Assembly (NCBI RefSeq): GCF_963921235.1
Contig: NC_086097.1
Span: 44,270,001-44,334,000, forward strand
Source: Mobula hypostoma
Lineage: Eukaryota
DNA: 64,000 bases
Direction of reading: 5' to 3'
A program made the translations under genes and the position numbers. Shown piece by piece: positions 36,601-49,519 of the stretch; the first letter of the stretch is position 1, and every line of letters starts with the position of its first letter. Below the pieces are notes generated by a model, which saw only the letters and a list, made by a program, of their open reading frames with translations, did not search any database and was not told the DNA's origin.

Positions 36601-38851
36601 TTTCTTTTTTTTTAAGTTTGTGAAGCATCACTGACGCCATGGTTACCCATCAATCAGACCTGAATCCTGGGGTTCCTCTACATCTAGTTAACTAATCTTT
36701 CTGACTCCAGTTTAATTTGATATAAAGCAATATTATAACAAAGAAAAGACCGCACCTACCTTGTATCAGAGCAGACAGCTTTTTCGGTTCAATGATTGCT
36801 TTCCTCTGATATCAGTGAAACCACTAAGTTACAAATATGACAACACGCCACAATGTGGAGTAAGCCACATGCTCACCAGTGATAACAGATAAAAGGGAGA
36901 CACAATTATAAACCTGTTTTAAAAAGCCATGGAAATCTGTGGGATTTGTGATAGGAAATTAGTGGAATACACTCTTGTGTTCTTGATCATGATTACTAAT
37001 TTTGATTTTCATCCATATTTATTTAGTTAACAGTATCTAAATTTCCCGGTTCCATAGTGGAATGAGAATTCCCATATCTCATCCAATAGTATGGTTCTCT
37101 GGAATACTAATATAACCATCAAAGTTCTAATTTTAAAATTTAATTTTGAATTTTTCTGCTTGTGAGCGATATATTCCTTACCATTTTCAAAAGCGATATA
37201 GCTTACAAGTCTTCAGTGACATTCTATATTGACTTTCATTCCAGAAGTGAAGTTGGCATTTTAAAAATAGAAAGGCAGAATTTACAGAGAGTATGGATTT
37301 AATAGGATCAAAAAAGTCATTCTGACATTAGCCCACACAAAATCACAAGACTTCAGCACATTTTATAACTATTAAGGTCCAATATTAGGTGATAAACAAT
37401 CATGTCAGCCTCTCTCCAGGCCCAGAATTGACATCAGACCATCAGTACATAGGGGAGACCATAAGACATATGACATAGGAACAGAATTAAGCCATTCAGC
37501 CCATCAAGACTGCTCCACAGACTGGAAAGAAATTGGTAAGACAGCTAATTATCTTAAAATAGTTGCCAGTATTAGTTATTTTGATTGGAAAGTTGGCTAC
37601 TCTTGAAAACCTGCTACAAAACGAGAAAATTCTGGAAATAGTGGGACGGACTGCATCTGTGTGAAGAGAAACAGGGTCAACATCTTAGGTGAGAGACCCT
37701 TTGTCAGAACTGAAAGGGAGACAACAGAAGCTGGTGAAGCTGTTGGGAGGGTCAGGATGGCAGATGCTTCTGAAAGAGGAATGTGGTGACGATGTGGTAA
37801 ACAAAGTGAATGAGTGTTAATATTAGTTTCTGACTGTAGGTGCTCGATCATAACTATACGTGTAGTGAGTGACTGTATGTACTGTGTGTCTATGTGTACG
37901 GTGTGTGACTGCATGCACTGCGTGCGACCCTATGGACTGCGTGCGGCCCTGTGGACTGCGTGCGGCTGTGTTTTGCACCGTGTCCCCTGAGGTACAATGT
38001 TTTATTTAGTTGTATACTTATGAATGGTTGCTTGGCAATAAAGTTGAACTTGAGGGCAGATGGTGAGTGAGAACATAGACAAAAGAACCCAGAAAAAAAG
38101 AATGTGGGAACTGTGAGGATGTTTTTAGCTGAAAACCTGATATTATTTATAAGCAGACTGCATCCTGCTTCAGCTTCCAGCAGGCAGAAGGCAACATGGA
38201 ATATAGCAGGAAAAGCCCCTTTCAAGGCTGTGGTTGAGGCTTTCCTTATGAGCCTAGAAGTAGATAGCTATCCTGCTCACTGGTGTGAGACAGCAACATC
38301 ATCAGAAACAAACAACAAATCCAGCTGTTTAAGGACAGAAACATCTAAAAAGCATCTAAAAACATCCTCTGGCTCTGCATTTCACAACTCCCACCTTTTT
38401 TTCTGGGTTCTTTTGTCTATGTTCTCACTCACCATCTGCCCTCAAGTTCAACTTTATTGCTAATCAACCATATACAAGTATACAACTAAATAAAACATTT
38501 ATCTCAGGGGACATGGTGCAAAACACAGTCACACACAGCCCATATCTATTGCCTCCCTCACATCACTTCATGATTAACCCTGCACTGCCTGAAGTCCCAG
38601 CACTAATCACACTTCCCTAGGCTGAATACCATTTAACTCCTGCTACTGATTCCACAGTCTCTATTGTCTGCACTCCTCACTTCGCTTCTGAACACCAACA
38701 AGTCTGTCTGACCTCACATGTTCGTCATTGAGCAGCAAGCTTTCTGCTCAGCAGTTCAAGCAGCATCTGTGGGGAGAAAGGAATTGTTGATATTTCGGGT
38801 TAACTGTATTCCAGCATCTGTGATCTCTTGTGATTCCATTTTACACTTGTC

Positions 38852-40220
38852 ATAAGACAATAAGATATAGGAGCAGAAATAGTCCGTTTGCCCCATCGAG
38901 TCTGCTCCACCATTTCTTCATGGCTAATCCATTTCCTTCTTATCTCCAGTCTCCTGCCTTTTCCCCATATCCCTTCATGCCCTGACTAATCCAGAATCTA
39001 TCAATCACTGCCTTAAATATACCCAATGTCTTGACCTCCACAGCTGCCTATGGCAATGAATTCTACAGATTCACCACCCTTGGGCTAAAGAAATTCCTCC
39101 TCATTTTTGTTCTAAAAGGCCATCCTTCTATTTTGAGTCTTTGTCCTCTGGTCTTAGACTCCCCCACCACAGGAAATATTTTTTCCACATCCACTCTATC
39201 AAAGCCTTTAACACTTGATAGGTTTCAATGAGATCACCCCCTCACCCCCATTCTTCTGGATTTCAATGAGTACACACCCAGGGACTACAAATGCTCCTCA
39301 TATGATAAGCCTTTCAATTTCAGAATCATTTTTGTGAACGTCCTTTTGAACCCTCTCCAATGTCAGCAGATCCTTTCTTAGATAAGGGGCCCAAAACTGT
39401 TCACAATAGTCCAAGTGAGGACTCACCAGTACCCTATAAAGCCTCAACATGACATCCTTGCTTTTATATTCTAGTCCTCTCAAAATGAATGCTAACATTG
39501 CATTTGACTTCCTCACCACTGGCTCAACCTGCAAATTTACCTGCATGAGGACTCCGATTTTTGAATTTTCTCTCCACTTAGAAAGTAGTCTGCACTTTTA
39601 TTTCTTATACTAAAGTGCATAATCATACACTTTCAGACACTATATTCCATCTGACACTTCTTTGCCTATTCTCCTAATCTGTATAAGTCCTTCAGTAACC
39701 TCTCAGCTTCCTCAACACCATCTGCTCCTCCACCTATCTTCATATTGTTCACAAACCTGGCCAAATAAAACATCAATTCCTTCATCCAATTCATTGATAT
39801 ATAACATAAAAAGAAGCAGTCACAACACCGACCCATGAGGAACACCACTAGTCACTGGCAGCCGGCCAGAAAAGTATGCCTTTATTCCCACTCTTTGCCT
39901 CCTGTCTATTAGCCAATGCTCTATCCATGTTAGCATCTTTCTTCTAATACCATGGTCTCTTAACTAGTTAATCAGGCTCGTGTGTGGCACCTTGTCAAAG
40001 GCTTTCTGAAAATCCAAGTATACAAACAGCTACCAATTCTCCTTTGTCGTTCCTGCTTGTTATTTCTTCAAAGAATTCCAACAGATTTGTCAGGCAAGAT
40101 TTTCCCTTGAGGACACCATACTGACTATGTCCTCTTTTATCATATGCCTCCAAAACCACATCGTTAACAATAGACTCCAACATCATCCCAACCACTGAGG
40201 TCAGACTAACTGGCCTATAA
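38852..40220 (-). mobile_element. 5'-truncated CR1 LINE
   Basis: Minus ORFs YRPVSLTSVVG, GKSCLTNLLEFFEEIT and LVSPHLDYCEQFWAPYLRKD; CATAAGA tail at 38851. Confidence 0.88.
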
Positions 40221-40260
40221 AAGCAACTCAAAAGCTGAAAACAAACATTTCCTATTTTAA

Positions 40261-40483
40261 GCAACATACATCAGAGTTGCTGGTGAACACAGCAGGCCAA
40301 GCAGCATCCATAGGAAGAGGCGCAGTCGACGTTTCAGGCCGAGACCCTTCGTCAGGACTTCGGCCTGAAACGTCGACTGCGCCTCTTCCTATAGATGCTG
40401 CTTGGCCTGCTGCGTTCACCAGCAACTCTGATGTATGTCGCTTGAATTTCCAGCATCTGCAGAATTCCTGTTGTTTGCGTTTA
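40261..40483 (+). mobile_element. Young Penelope pLTR fold-back mini-element with exact 14-bp TSD
   Basis: TSD ATTTCCTATTTTAA at 40247-40260 and 40484-40497; near-perfect ~84-bp inverted arms at 40259-40342 and 40360-40443. Confidence 0.92.
40324..40359 (-). ncRNA. Best-preserved minimal hammerhead ribozyme motif
   Basis: Minus strand AGTC-CTGACGA-A-GGGTCTCGGCCT-GAAA-CGTC-GACT, with palindromic ACGT stem III and GUC cleavage triplet. Confidence 0.75.
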
Positions 40484-42559
40484 ATTTCCTATTTTAATGC
40501 AGCTGAACTGGTGGACTGTAAAGATGGGACAAATAATGACTCAGACTCTCTCTCTCTTCAAGTAGGAAGTTGCTGGCTATTCTGGAATCCTTTCACAGGT
40601 ATACTCCTAAATACCCAATACTTTGAATTATTTAGGAATCATTACTCCTTCAAAAACAAGTACAATTTTCCCTTGATTAAATTTTATACATTCAATTTAA
40701 TTTCACTTCACCACCTTTCCCATAAAGTTCTCTGAGAATTGTAAAATGTTTCTTTAACTATTGTCATTGCTTCTTTACCATCATACCTTCAACTAAATTT
40801 CCCAATCTCCATTGGCCAACTCATCCTTCAGTTCTTCTTAATTGCCATTCTTTTAGTTTAAAATTCCAGTTTCAAGGCTAAGTTTGTGGCTTTCTAATAA
40901 AATATGACATTCTATCTCATTATGATCTCTATTCCATGGTGATTACCTACTAAATTACTGATTAATCAATGTACATACAATATCTAAAATAACTTGTTTC
41001 CAGTATTTATTTGATAATGTCAGCTTTGTTGATGTTAGCAACAATAACTTCTGCATTATCATATTTCCCTACTATTTTAAATCATCCTTTCTTTCCCCAC
41101 CAGTCCCATCCCATAAGACCATAAGACATAAGAGCAGAATTAGGCCATTCAGCCCATCGAGTCTGCTCAATCATTCCATCACGGCTGATTCCAGATCCCA
41201 CTCAATTCCATACGGAAACAGCATTCCTCATGTTGCTAATTTAGAAGGAGCAGAAAAACAGCTTCCTGAAGCATTAAAAAAATGATTTTTTTACCACAAT
41301 TAATGTTTCCACATCAGAAGAAAAAAATCAGTTTTACATGTTTATTATTTTCCCTCCTGCAGACGACGGCTCATCTTCTTGCTCTTCCCACCAAGTAGGT
41401 TCACCATTATTTTGACATGCGTGAAATTATTATTGCATTTTATTATTCTTTGGCTATGCCACACAGCTGGAAATTTTTATAAATCATGAAACTGGGTGCT
41501 CTGGTGAGAATTTAGGTTGTATTTATTCTTGATGACGTGGAGCCAGATTTAATCCTGTGAATATAATTGATGTTACCATGTACATTTCCTGCTACAATAA
41601 TCTCTGCAATATGAGGAACAACCTACCCACTTCTTGTTTAATTTAATATTACATTTCTTTTAAAACACACACAGAAATTGTCTCACTAGCCTGTCCAGCA
41701 ATGAATTTGATTGAATGACAGTGCTGGATAATTGAATGAGACCCATATGCATTTCCATGTATCTCACATATAAAATGAATGACCCAGAACATTGCTTGGC
41801 ACAATTAATTTGCTTTTGTAAAACAATAAAGCAGTTGACATCAGCATGTAAAGGAAAGATCAGAATATTCATGCCTCAGTGCCCACATTAGACACTGCAA
41901 TGGAATTGTCAGTTTATTACATAACACCAGTCTTCAAAATATATCGAATTTTACATTTCAAAGAAACCATGCGCAATACAATGCATCACATGAATTATTG
42001 CTGAATAATGACTGCCTTCACTAATAGATACTTTTTGTTTAATGTCAAGCAAATTGTCAAGCTCAGACTTCATATCAGGAACAGATTTCTTGACATTGTG
42101 AACTGATTTTTCATAGACTTTTGGTTTTACCTTTCATGAAAATGCTCTGACCTGAAATTCCATTTCCACATCTTTGTAGCCGATCATACCGGAAGTTAAA
42201 AGCATCAGAAAAGATCATTTGAATTGGCCATACCTCAGTGCTCAAAAGTCTGCTCCTCCATTATATCTTGTAGACTAACTATGAGTTCCTATCATACTCT
42301 GTCTTACTGACAATTAAACTCTGTCTCTTTGAAAACACAAGTCCAGACATTCATAATCCTCTGCGTAATAGTTCATAGTTTTTACTTTCCACTTCTAAGA
42401 TTCATCTCAGGCCCACTCATGATTAATTGAAATACATTGATGAACACCCTGGGCTTTATATGTAAGGATGCTTAAGGATTTTCATGGCTTGTAATGCATT
42501 TTATTAGTCTTCTCTTGCTTACATGAATGTTCCATAATATTCTATTGTAGTACAAAGAC

Positions 42560-43200
42560 ACGGGAGACGGCAGATGCCAGGGTGAGTCCAAATGCAAATG
42601 AAAGGAACAGCATCTTATGTTACACCTGGCAGTCTACAATCCAATGGCATGACCACTGACTTATCAAATTTCAGGAAACCCACACCATGTCTGTTTCTTT
42701 CTCTGCTCGATCTACTCTGGTCATCTTGCACATCCCCTTCTTTCCAAAACCACTCCGCTACGGCCTTCCGTTTCTCAGTTTCACAGTTTCTTTCCCCGCC
42801 ACCTGGTCTGTCAAAAACGCACACCACCCACTTAGCCCTGTCACCTCCCTTGCCCTTACTGCTCCCCTTTACCCAGCATCCCTTGGTTAACTGGTTCCAC
42901 TCACCACCTGCCTTTCTTATCAGATCCTACTATCTGAAGCTCTGTGTTGTCTCCATCAATCACCTCCCAGCTTCCCTCATCATCTCAACCCCTCCCTCCT
43001 CCCCATCTGACTTCATCTGCCCATCAACTTCTCCTTACCCAGATCTAGCTATCACTTGCCAGCTCCTGCCTCACCCCAGGCCCTCATTTCTTCCTACTGG
43101 CTACTGGCCTTTATAATCTGAGTCCTGATGCATGACTGTCAATCGGAAATGTTGACTATCCCTTTGCCTCTACAGACGTTGCCTGACTCCACCAGTTTGC
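42560..43200 (+). mobile_element. Decayed Penelope 3' fragment
   Basis: PGSLQSNGMTTDLSNFR endonuclease C-terminus; pyrimidine-rich UTR; GTCCTGATG...GAAATGTTGACT remnant. Confidence 0.7.
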
Positions 43201-43214
43201 TTTTCACATTTATT

Positions 43215-43490
43215 TATTAAGGTACAGCATTGAGGAGGCCCTTCTGGCCCTTCGAGCTGTGTCGCCTAGCAACCCCCGATTTCACCCGAGCCTAATCATG
43301 GGAGAATTTACAATGACCAGGTAATCTACCAACCAGCCTTTGGACTGTGGGAGGAAAATGGAGCAGCTGGAAGAAAGCTACGCCATCACATGGAGAACAT
43401 ACAGACTCCTAACAGACAGCGGCAGCGATTGAACCTGGGTCACTGGTATTGTAAAGCGCTCAGCTAAACCCTGCACTACTGTGCTGCCCC
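43215..43490 (-). mobile_element. V-SINE (HE1-like), near complete
   Basis: tRNA-like head on minus (GGGGCAGCACAGTAGTGCAG...GGTTCAATC), V-domain-like core and CR1-like tail. Confidence 0.75.
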
Positions 43491-44079
43491 AATTGTAGTA
43501 TCAGGGTTAAAACTCCAGACCAGCAGCCTAAAGGTTTTATTTTAAATTACAACACAGCAAGGACCAAAACGTAATCCAGTAAATTTGGGACTACAATGGA
43601 GAGGTGGTGATCTATGTTGCAGACGGTACACTTTAACACCATAGTTCTGGTTCTGCCCTCAGGTTTAGACAATCTGGAGGGTGCAGGAGTCCTGGGCAAT
43701 CAAAGGCAGAAAATATAACACAAGCTTTAACTTATAACAACCATCCCCCATAACTCAGAATTTTTTATAGTGATCTAGACATGCTGGCGGTCGCTTTCAC
43801 CAGTAAGTTCTGATCTCAGATCTCTGAAACACAGCTGAAGGCTTGAAGGTGTCAGCAATTATATTTTCTACCATTCTGTCAGCAATTACTCTCCTGTGAT
43901 GCCTATGAATGTATTAGTAACCCTAGCAGAATATCCTAGCACTACTGAGCCTGAAGAGTGACAGGGTAGTAGGTGTACTACTCCAGTATGGCACCTGGGC
44001 AGAGAAAGCCAGAAGAAATACTTGAAATTTATAGCATAACTTGCACGTAAGTTATCAGATAATCCCTGTAAAATGCACC

Positions 44080-44940
44080 GCTCCTTGAAGGTGTCTTGGG
44101 TACAATGGAGGCAAGTACCCAAGATGGAGCTGACTAATCTTACAACTTTCTGTAGCTTCCTTCGGTCCTGAGCGGTAGCCCCCACCCCCAAACAGACAGT
44201 GATGCAGCCTGTCAGAATGCTCTTCATGGTACATCTAGAGAAGATTTCAACTGTTTTAGGTGACAAACCAAATCTCCTCAAACTCCTAATAAAATATAAG
44301 CTCTGTATATTTCATTAGCCTTCTTTATAGCTGCATCTATATGTTCTGGACATCTTGGATGCTGAATTAAATATTTGCTCACAAACTTGTGATAGTTAAT
44401 GCCATATCGATGACACCATTCAGCTGGAGATATCATCTGGCCAACATTAAACAGACCAGCACATCTTTACTGGTCATTCTGCAGCAATCAACTGGATTCA
44501 GGATTGTTTGATGCCATTTCCAGTACACAAGTGTAAAGTGAATGAAATCATTGTTCCTCTGGATCCAATGCAGCATAAAAAAAACAATAAACATACAAAA
44601 CACAATAAATATAAATATAAAAGCAATCCAATAAAACACGATGCACGAGCGACTGCTGAGTGTGGCCGTATATACTGTACATAGGATTAGCTTATATACA
44701 GAGACTGATGGTATGTACATTAAGTGGTGCGGGATGGTGGGGTGGGTTAATAGGTGAGGTGCTGATCAGCCTGACGGCTTGGGGGAGAAAATAATTGGTT
44801 TTGAGTCTAGTGGTTCTGGCATGGATGCTGCTAGACTCTTCCCTGATGGGAGTGGGACAAACAGTCCATGAGCAGGGTGGATGGGATCTTTCATATTGCT
44901 GGCCTTTATCCGGCACCTTTCTGTATATATGTCCTTGATT
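44080..44940 (-). mobile_element. Two Rex1/Babar LINE fragments
   Basis: MRRFGLSPKT...CTMKSILTGCITV; HARTTRLKTNYFLPQAVRL. Confidence 0.7.
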
Positions 44941-45351
44941 TTCGTGCAGGTGGCTCTGCATCTGATTTACCAATACAACCAAAATATAGACTACTAGGTG
45001 ACTAGGGTGTAAGGAAAGAGTTAAAAGTGATTCTTCCTTGGTACATGCCAAAATAAAGTGGAAGCCATCTTGGAATGTGGTAATGACCTGTTTTCACCTT
45101 ATTGAGCAATGATTTGTCTCTATTTTGAATGCATATCTGCACATTGTTAAGATTAAATACAGTCAAAGAACGTTTTCTCACCCTACACACTTGTCATCTC
45201 TATTTTTGAATTGTTGTGTCTAGCCAAGGGTTGTGAGAGATTAAAAAAAAGGATCTTAAAGGGTATAAAAGGGACAATTTCTTTCAGCAAGGGGGGAATC
45301 GTCTCTTAGGCTAGATCACAAGTACTAGTCTGAGGAGTTGGAAATAGGGTC

Positions 45352-48300
45352 TGTTATTGTTTTATAACACCAAAACATAAAAAATAATGCAGGAAAAAGA
45401 TGGAGCCAGGAAATAACTCCTGTACATTCATTTTAGCTTTAAGTGAAGCGCACGCGTATCACATAGTGGCATAATGATGTATGCCATTTACGTACTTTTA
45501 CGTATGAGCAACAATGTAAACAACAAAGAATGCTTAATCAAACAGTACATTTACAATTATTACTCAAATATTAAATACACAGCACTACTCCCAACTCAAT
45601 ATAAAATGCATTTGAACTATATACACTGTATACTATATAATACAACTACTATATACATATCTACAGCATTGTAAATTTTAAATTGTTCCATTCAGGGCTA
45701 AAGATTTAAACGCTGTGGAGGATTTCTTACTCTTGTGGGATAACGTCTTTCCTGACAAGGGTGATCACTCTGCTTGGCAGGTGAGACTTGTGGGAGTTGT
45801 GTCTGTGAAACAATCTCAGGTTCTGAGGCCTCCTCTGTGGTGGTTGTAGGAGTTAACCCTGGGACTGCAAGAAGTGGTTCTGACAGCTCTGGCCATGCTT
45901 TTTCCAGACATGTTGGTAACCTAAACAGTGCATGGCAAGCTGGTAGATCTGCTGATCTATCTCAGGCAAAGCTTCAAGCCAACACTTTAATTTTGACCAT
46001 GCCTAGATGCATGTAGCTCCTCCAACACTTTAACTCTCAGCTTGGATGGTATAGCAGCTCTCAATCCCCACATTAGGGAATGTCCATCAAAGGCAAGTTC
46101 ATCCTGACGCTGGTAAAACGGGCAGAACTGCTGCACATTCCACCCATTTTTGGTGGTCATGTAGACCTGAGATAGTGTGGGGTTTTTTTTGCTTTCCCTT
46201 TGGATCAACTCAACCGTAATAGAGAGAATTTGATTTATGTTAGGAAGAACATGTCCTGAAGAATGTCCTCCTTTGTAAATTTTTCAGCTACTTGCTTTCC
46301 CAAGGGCAAACGGGACCATCCATCAGCATTTCCACGATTAGCTGTACTCTTGAATTCAATCTTGTAGTTGTGTTCTCCAAGAAACAGAGCCCTTCTCTGC
46401 ATTCATGCTACGGCTGTTAGTGAAACACCCTTCTGTGATTCAAAAATTGACACAAGAGATTAATGCTCAGTAATGAGGGTAAACTCTCTCCCATACAAGT
46501 GCTGGTTGAAACCATACCCGAGGCCTCTCTGTGGGTAATTTTTCTCTGCAGCGGTAAGGGAATGTGATGCAAAAACTATGTGGTGTTCACGTCCATCACT
46601 CTTAACATGTGAAATGACTACACCTATAACATAAGGCGAGGTGTCACAGGCAAGCTTCACTGGATGATGTGGATCATACTGTGTGAGCATAGTGTCTGAC
46701 ATCACCATTTCATTTACCATTTTAAAAGCCACCTCACACTGCCTTGGCTATTGCCATTTCTTCCTGATCTCTAGTAATGAGTTCAAAGAGTAGAGCACAG
46801 TAGCCAGGTGTGAGAGGAGCCTATTACAGTAATTGACCGCAACCCTTTGGCCTTGGGCATCCACACCTGCTTGAATTTTCTCAGCACTCTTGTGTAATTC
46901 TTGTGCATTAATGGTGTGACCACAATAAATGGCTTAAAGAATTCACACTCATTGCATCGTGCTCTGAGCTCATAATTTTCTAATGTTTTAACACCATCAT
47001 GAGATTTTGGAGATGTTCCTTGTCAACCTTACTGGTAACGATGATGTCATCCAGGTAACGCTGAGTGCCTAGAGAGCCATATAGCGAGAAAGCACTTTGT
47101 GTGTGTTAATGAAAACATTTTGGACTTCTTCCACCTCCATCTGTAGATAGGCCTCAGCTAAGTCCACTTCGCTGAAGTGTTTTCCTCCAGAAAGGTTTGT
47201 GAAAATATCCTCTATCCTGAACAGAGGGGTAATGGTTGACTTTCAGTACTGGGTTGATGGTAATCTTAAAATCACCACAGATACTGACAGGCCCGTTCTT
47301 ACCTACTGTGACCACTGATGTTGCCCATGGGTTTCACTCTACCTTGAAAAGAATTCCTTCAGCCTCCATGCGATATGGTTCACTGGCTACTTTATCACAT
47401 GTGGTTTATTTTTAAACTCAACCATTTCTCACTACAACTTAATTTTAGCTCAAATGTCTCACTGCACTTCAACAGGTAGGTAGTTATCTCGGATTTGTTT
47501 AAAACTTCACCATCACCACTGTTATGTTTTGTGACTCAAAAACATTAAAACTAATTGCAAGAAAAAGATGGAGCCAAGAAATAATTCTGGTACGTTCATT
47601 TTTACTTTAAGCAAGGTGTGCACATATCATGTGATGGGTAATGATGTATGCCATTTATGTACTTTTACATATAACTCGCAATGCATTATGTAAACAACAT
47701 AGAATGCCTAATTAAACAACATATTTAAAATAAACACAAGGAATTCAGCAGATGCTGAAAATCCAAAGTAACATATACAAATCAGAGGAACTCAGCATGT
47801 CTGAGAGCATCTATGGAAATGAATAAACAGTCAACATTTCCGATCAAGGACCTTCTTCAGGACTGGAAAAGAAGGGAGGAGATATCAGAATAAACAGATG
47901 GAAGAGGGGATGGAGGATAGCTAGAAGGTGATAGGTGAAGCAAGGTGGGTGGGAAAGGTAAAAGGCTGGAGAAGAAGGAATCTGATAGGAGAGGAGAGTG
48001 GGCCATGGAAGAAAAAGAAGGAAGTGGGGTAACAGTGGGAGGTGAGACGAGGTGAGACGCCAGAGTGGGGAATAGAAGAAGAGAGGGGGATGGAAACATT
48101 TTTATGCCAGAAGGAAAAATCAATATTCATGCCATCAGGTTGGAGGCTACCCAGATGGAATATATTGCTCCTGCACCCCAATAGTGGCCTCATCATGGCA
48201 GACGAGGTAGCCATGGACCAACAATTTGGAATGGAAATGGGGATCAGAACTAAAATGTTGGGAAGTTCTGCTTTCGGTCGATGGAGCAGAGGTGCTTGAC

Positions 48301-48557
48301 GGTGCCCAATTTACGACGGGTCTCGCCAACGTAGAGGAGGCTGCATCGGGAGCACTGGATACAATAGATGACTCCAGCAGATCTGCAGGTGAAGTGTTGC
48401 CTCATGTGGAAGCACTGTTTGAACCCTGAATGGAGGTGAAAGGGGAGGTGTGGTACTTTGGCTGCTTGCAGGGATAATAGCTGGGAAGGAGATTAGTGGG
48501 GACGGATGTGTGGACAAATAAAATATGTTTACAATTGTACTCAAATATAAATACACA
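45352..48557 (-). mobile_element. Internally deleted, decayed Gypsy (Mag-type) element with two LTRs
   Basis: LTRs at 45352-45584 and 47520-48557 (the latter split by a Penelope insertion); flanks GGGTC / AGGTC; remnants [12 protein letters not shown] (RT), VKLACDTSPYVIGVVISH (RNase H), KVLEELHA (integrase). Confidence 0.82.
47732..48519 (-). mobile_element. Penelope 3' fragment (GIY-YIG remnant and pLTR) inserted in the Gypsy 5' LTR
   Basis: FHLGSLQPDGMNIDFS; degenerate hammerhead CTGAAGAAG...GAAATGTTGACT; degenerate duplication ATATTTAAAAT / ATGTTTACAAT. Confidence 0.82.
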
Positions 48558-48571
48558 AGGTCAAGGACATC

Positions 48572-48772
48572 AAGAGAGAAGGAGGGGGAGAGAGGGGCGG
48601 GGGTAGAAGGGGAGAGGGGGAAGGGGAGGGGAGGGAAAGGGGGAGGGGGAAGGAAAGGGGAGGGAAAGGGGAGGGGGAAGGAAAGGGGGAGGGGGTAGGA
48701 GAGGGGGAGGAGGGAAGGAAAGGGGAGGAGGGAGAGATAGATACATCAATAAATAAATGGATAGATAGATAA
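48572..48772. repeat. Purine-rich G/A low-complexity tract followed by GATA repeats
   Basis: About 160 bp of almost pure G/A with repeated GGGGAGGGGGAAGGAAAGGGG units. Confidence 0.9.
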
Positions 48773-49519
48773 GAGGTTTTTGGATCTGTAGTTCACTCTG
48801 GCGTTGTGCAGATCAGCTCATTAAGTGGATGATGAGGATTATTTTGCTTTCTGCACTACCACTTGAGTTATTATTTGTTTTTCTTTTTGTATTGCACTTA
48901 TGCTAATTCTAATAATGTGGTTTCTCGTAGCCTTCATCACATGAACAGTCCCTCGCTTTGTTTGAGAATACATATGCAAATGCCCTTAGATGAATTGGAA
49001 AAGAACACAGAACAAAGTTTAGAGTAATTTTCTTTACACAGGGCCAGCTGTGCATCGATCCTGGACCACAACCCATGCACACAAGATCAACTTGTGAAAC
49101 TAAGTTTTGTTTTTATAAAAATATGATCGTAACTATCACAGCTGTGCTGAAGCACTATCACCACAGCTTGGTCTAGCCTATTGGACCCCTGTGGCACTTG
49201 GTACAGCAAACATTAAGATTTTACAGTTTCATCCTCAGGAAAATTTATAACATACCTATTATATAAATTATGCAGAGCTCTGAGATGAACAGGAATTTGA
49301 GTGATTTGGTGCACTATTTGCAAAAATCTAGTTTGCAGATACAGCAAATAATGATCCAACAAAATGTAGATTGCTAGGGACATTTATTACAAAAGAATGG
49401 AGGGTTTTAAAGGTGAAGACGGTGGAGTATTCTTTATGATTAACTCATCACGGTGCACAAATGTGGCACTTCTGTCTCAGTCCTGCTCACCTGACCTGAG
49501 ACACCTAGTGGTCAAATGA

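Noticed and set aside
36760..36823. Minus-strand exon-like segment ending AAG|GTAGGT
   Set aside because: Stop codons in all three frames
37917..37966. 19-bp tandem repeat (ACTGCGTGCGRCCCTRTGG)
   Set aside because: Local slippage within a LINE 3' UTR; no further structure
40277..40735. 152-aa ORF
   Set aside because: Reads through the palindromic Penelope mini-element into AT-rich DNA; no protein signature
42592..43116. 174-aa Pro/Ser-rich ORF
   Set aside because: Translation of a pyrimidine-rich Penelope 3' UTR
43400..43490. tRNA-like A/B boxes on the minus strand
   Set aside because: SINE head fused to the V-SINE core; no intact cloverleaf, so not a tRNA gene
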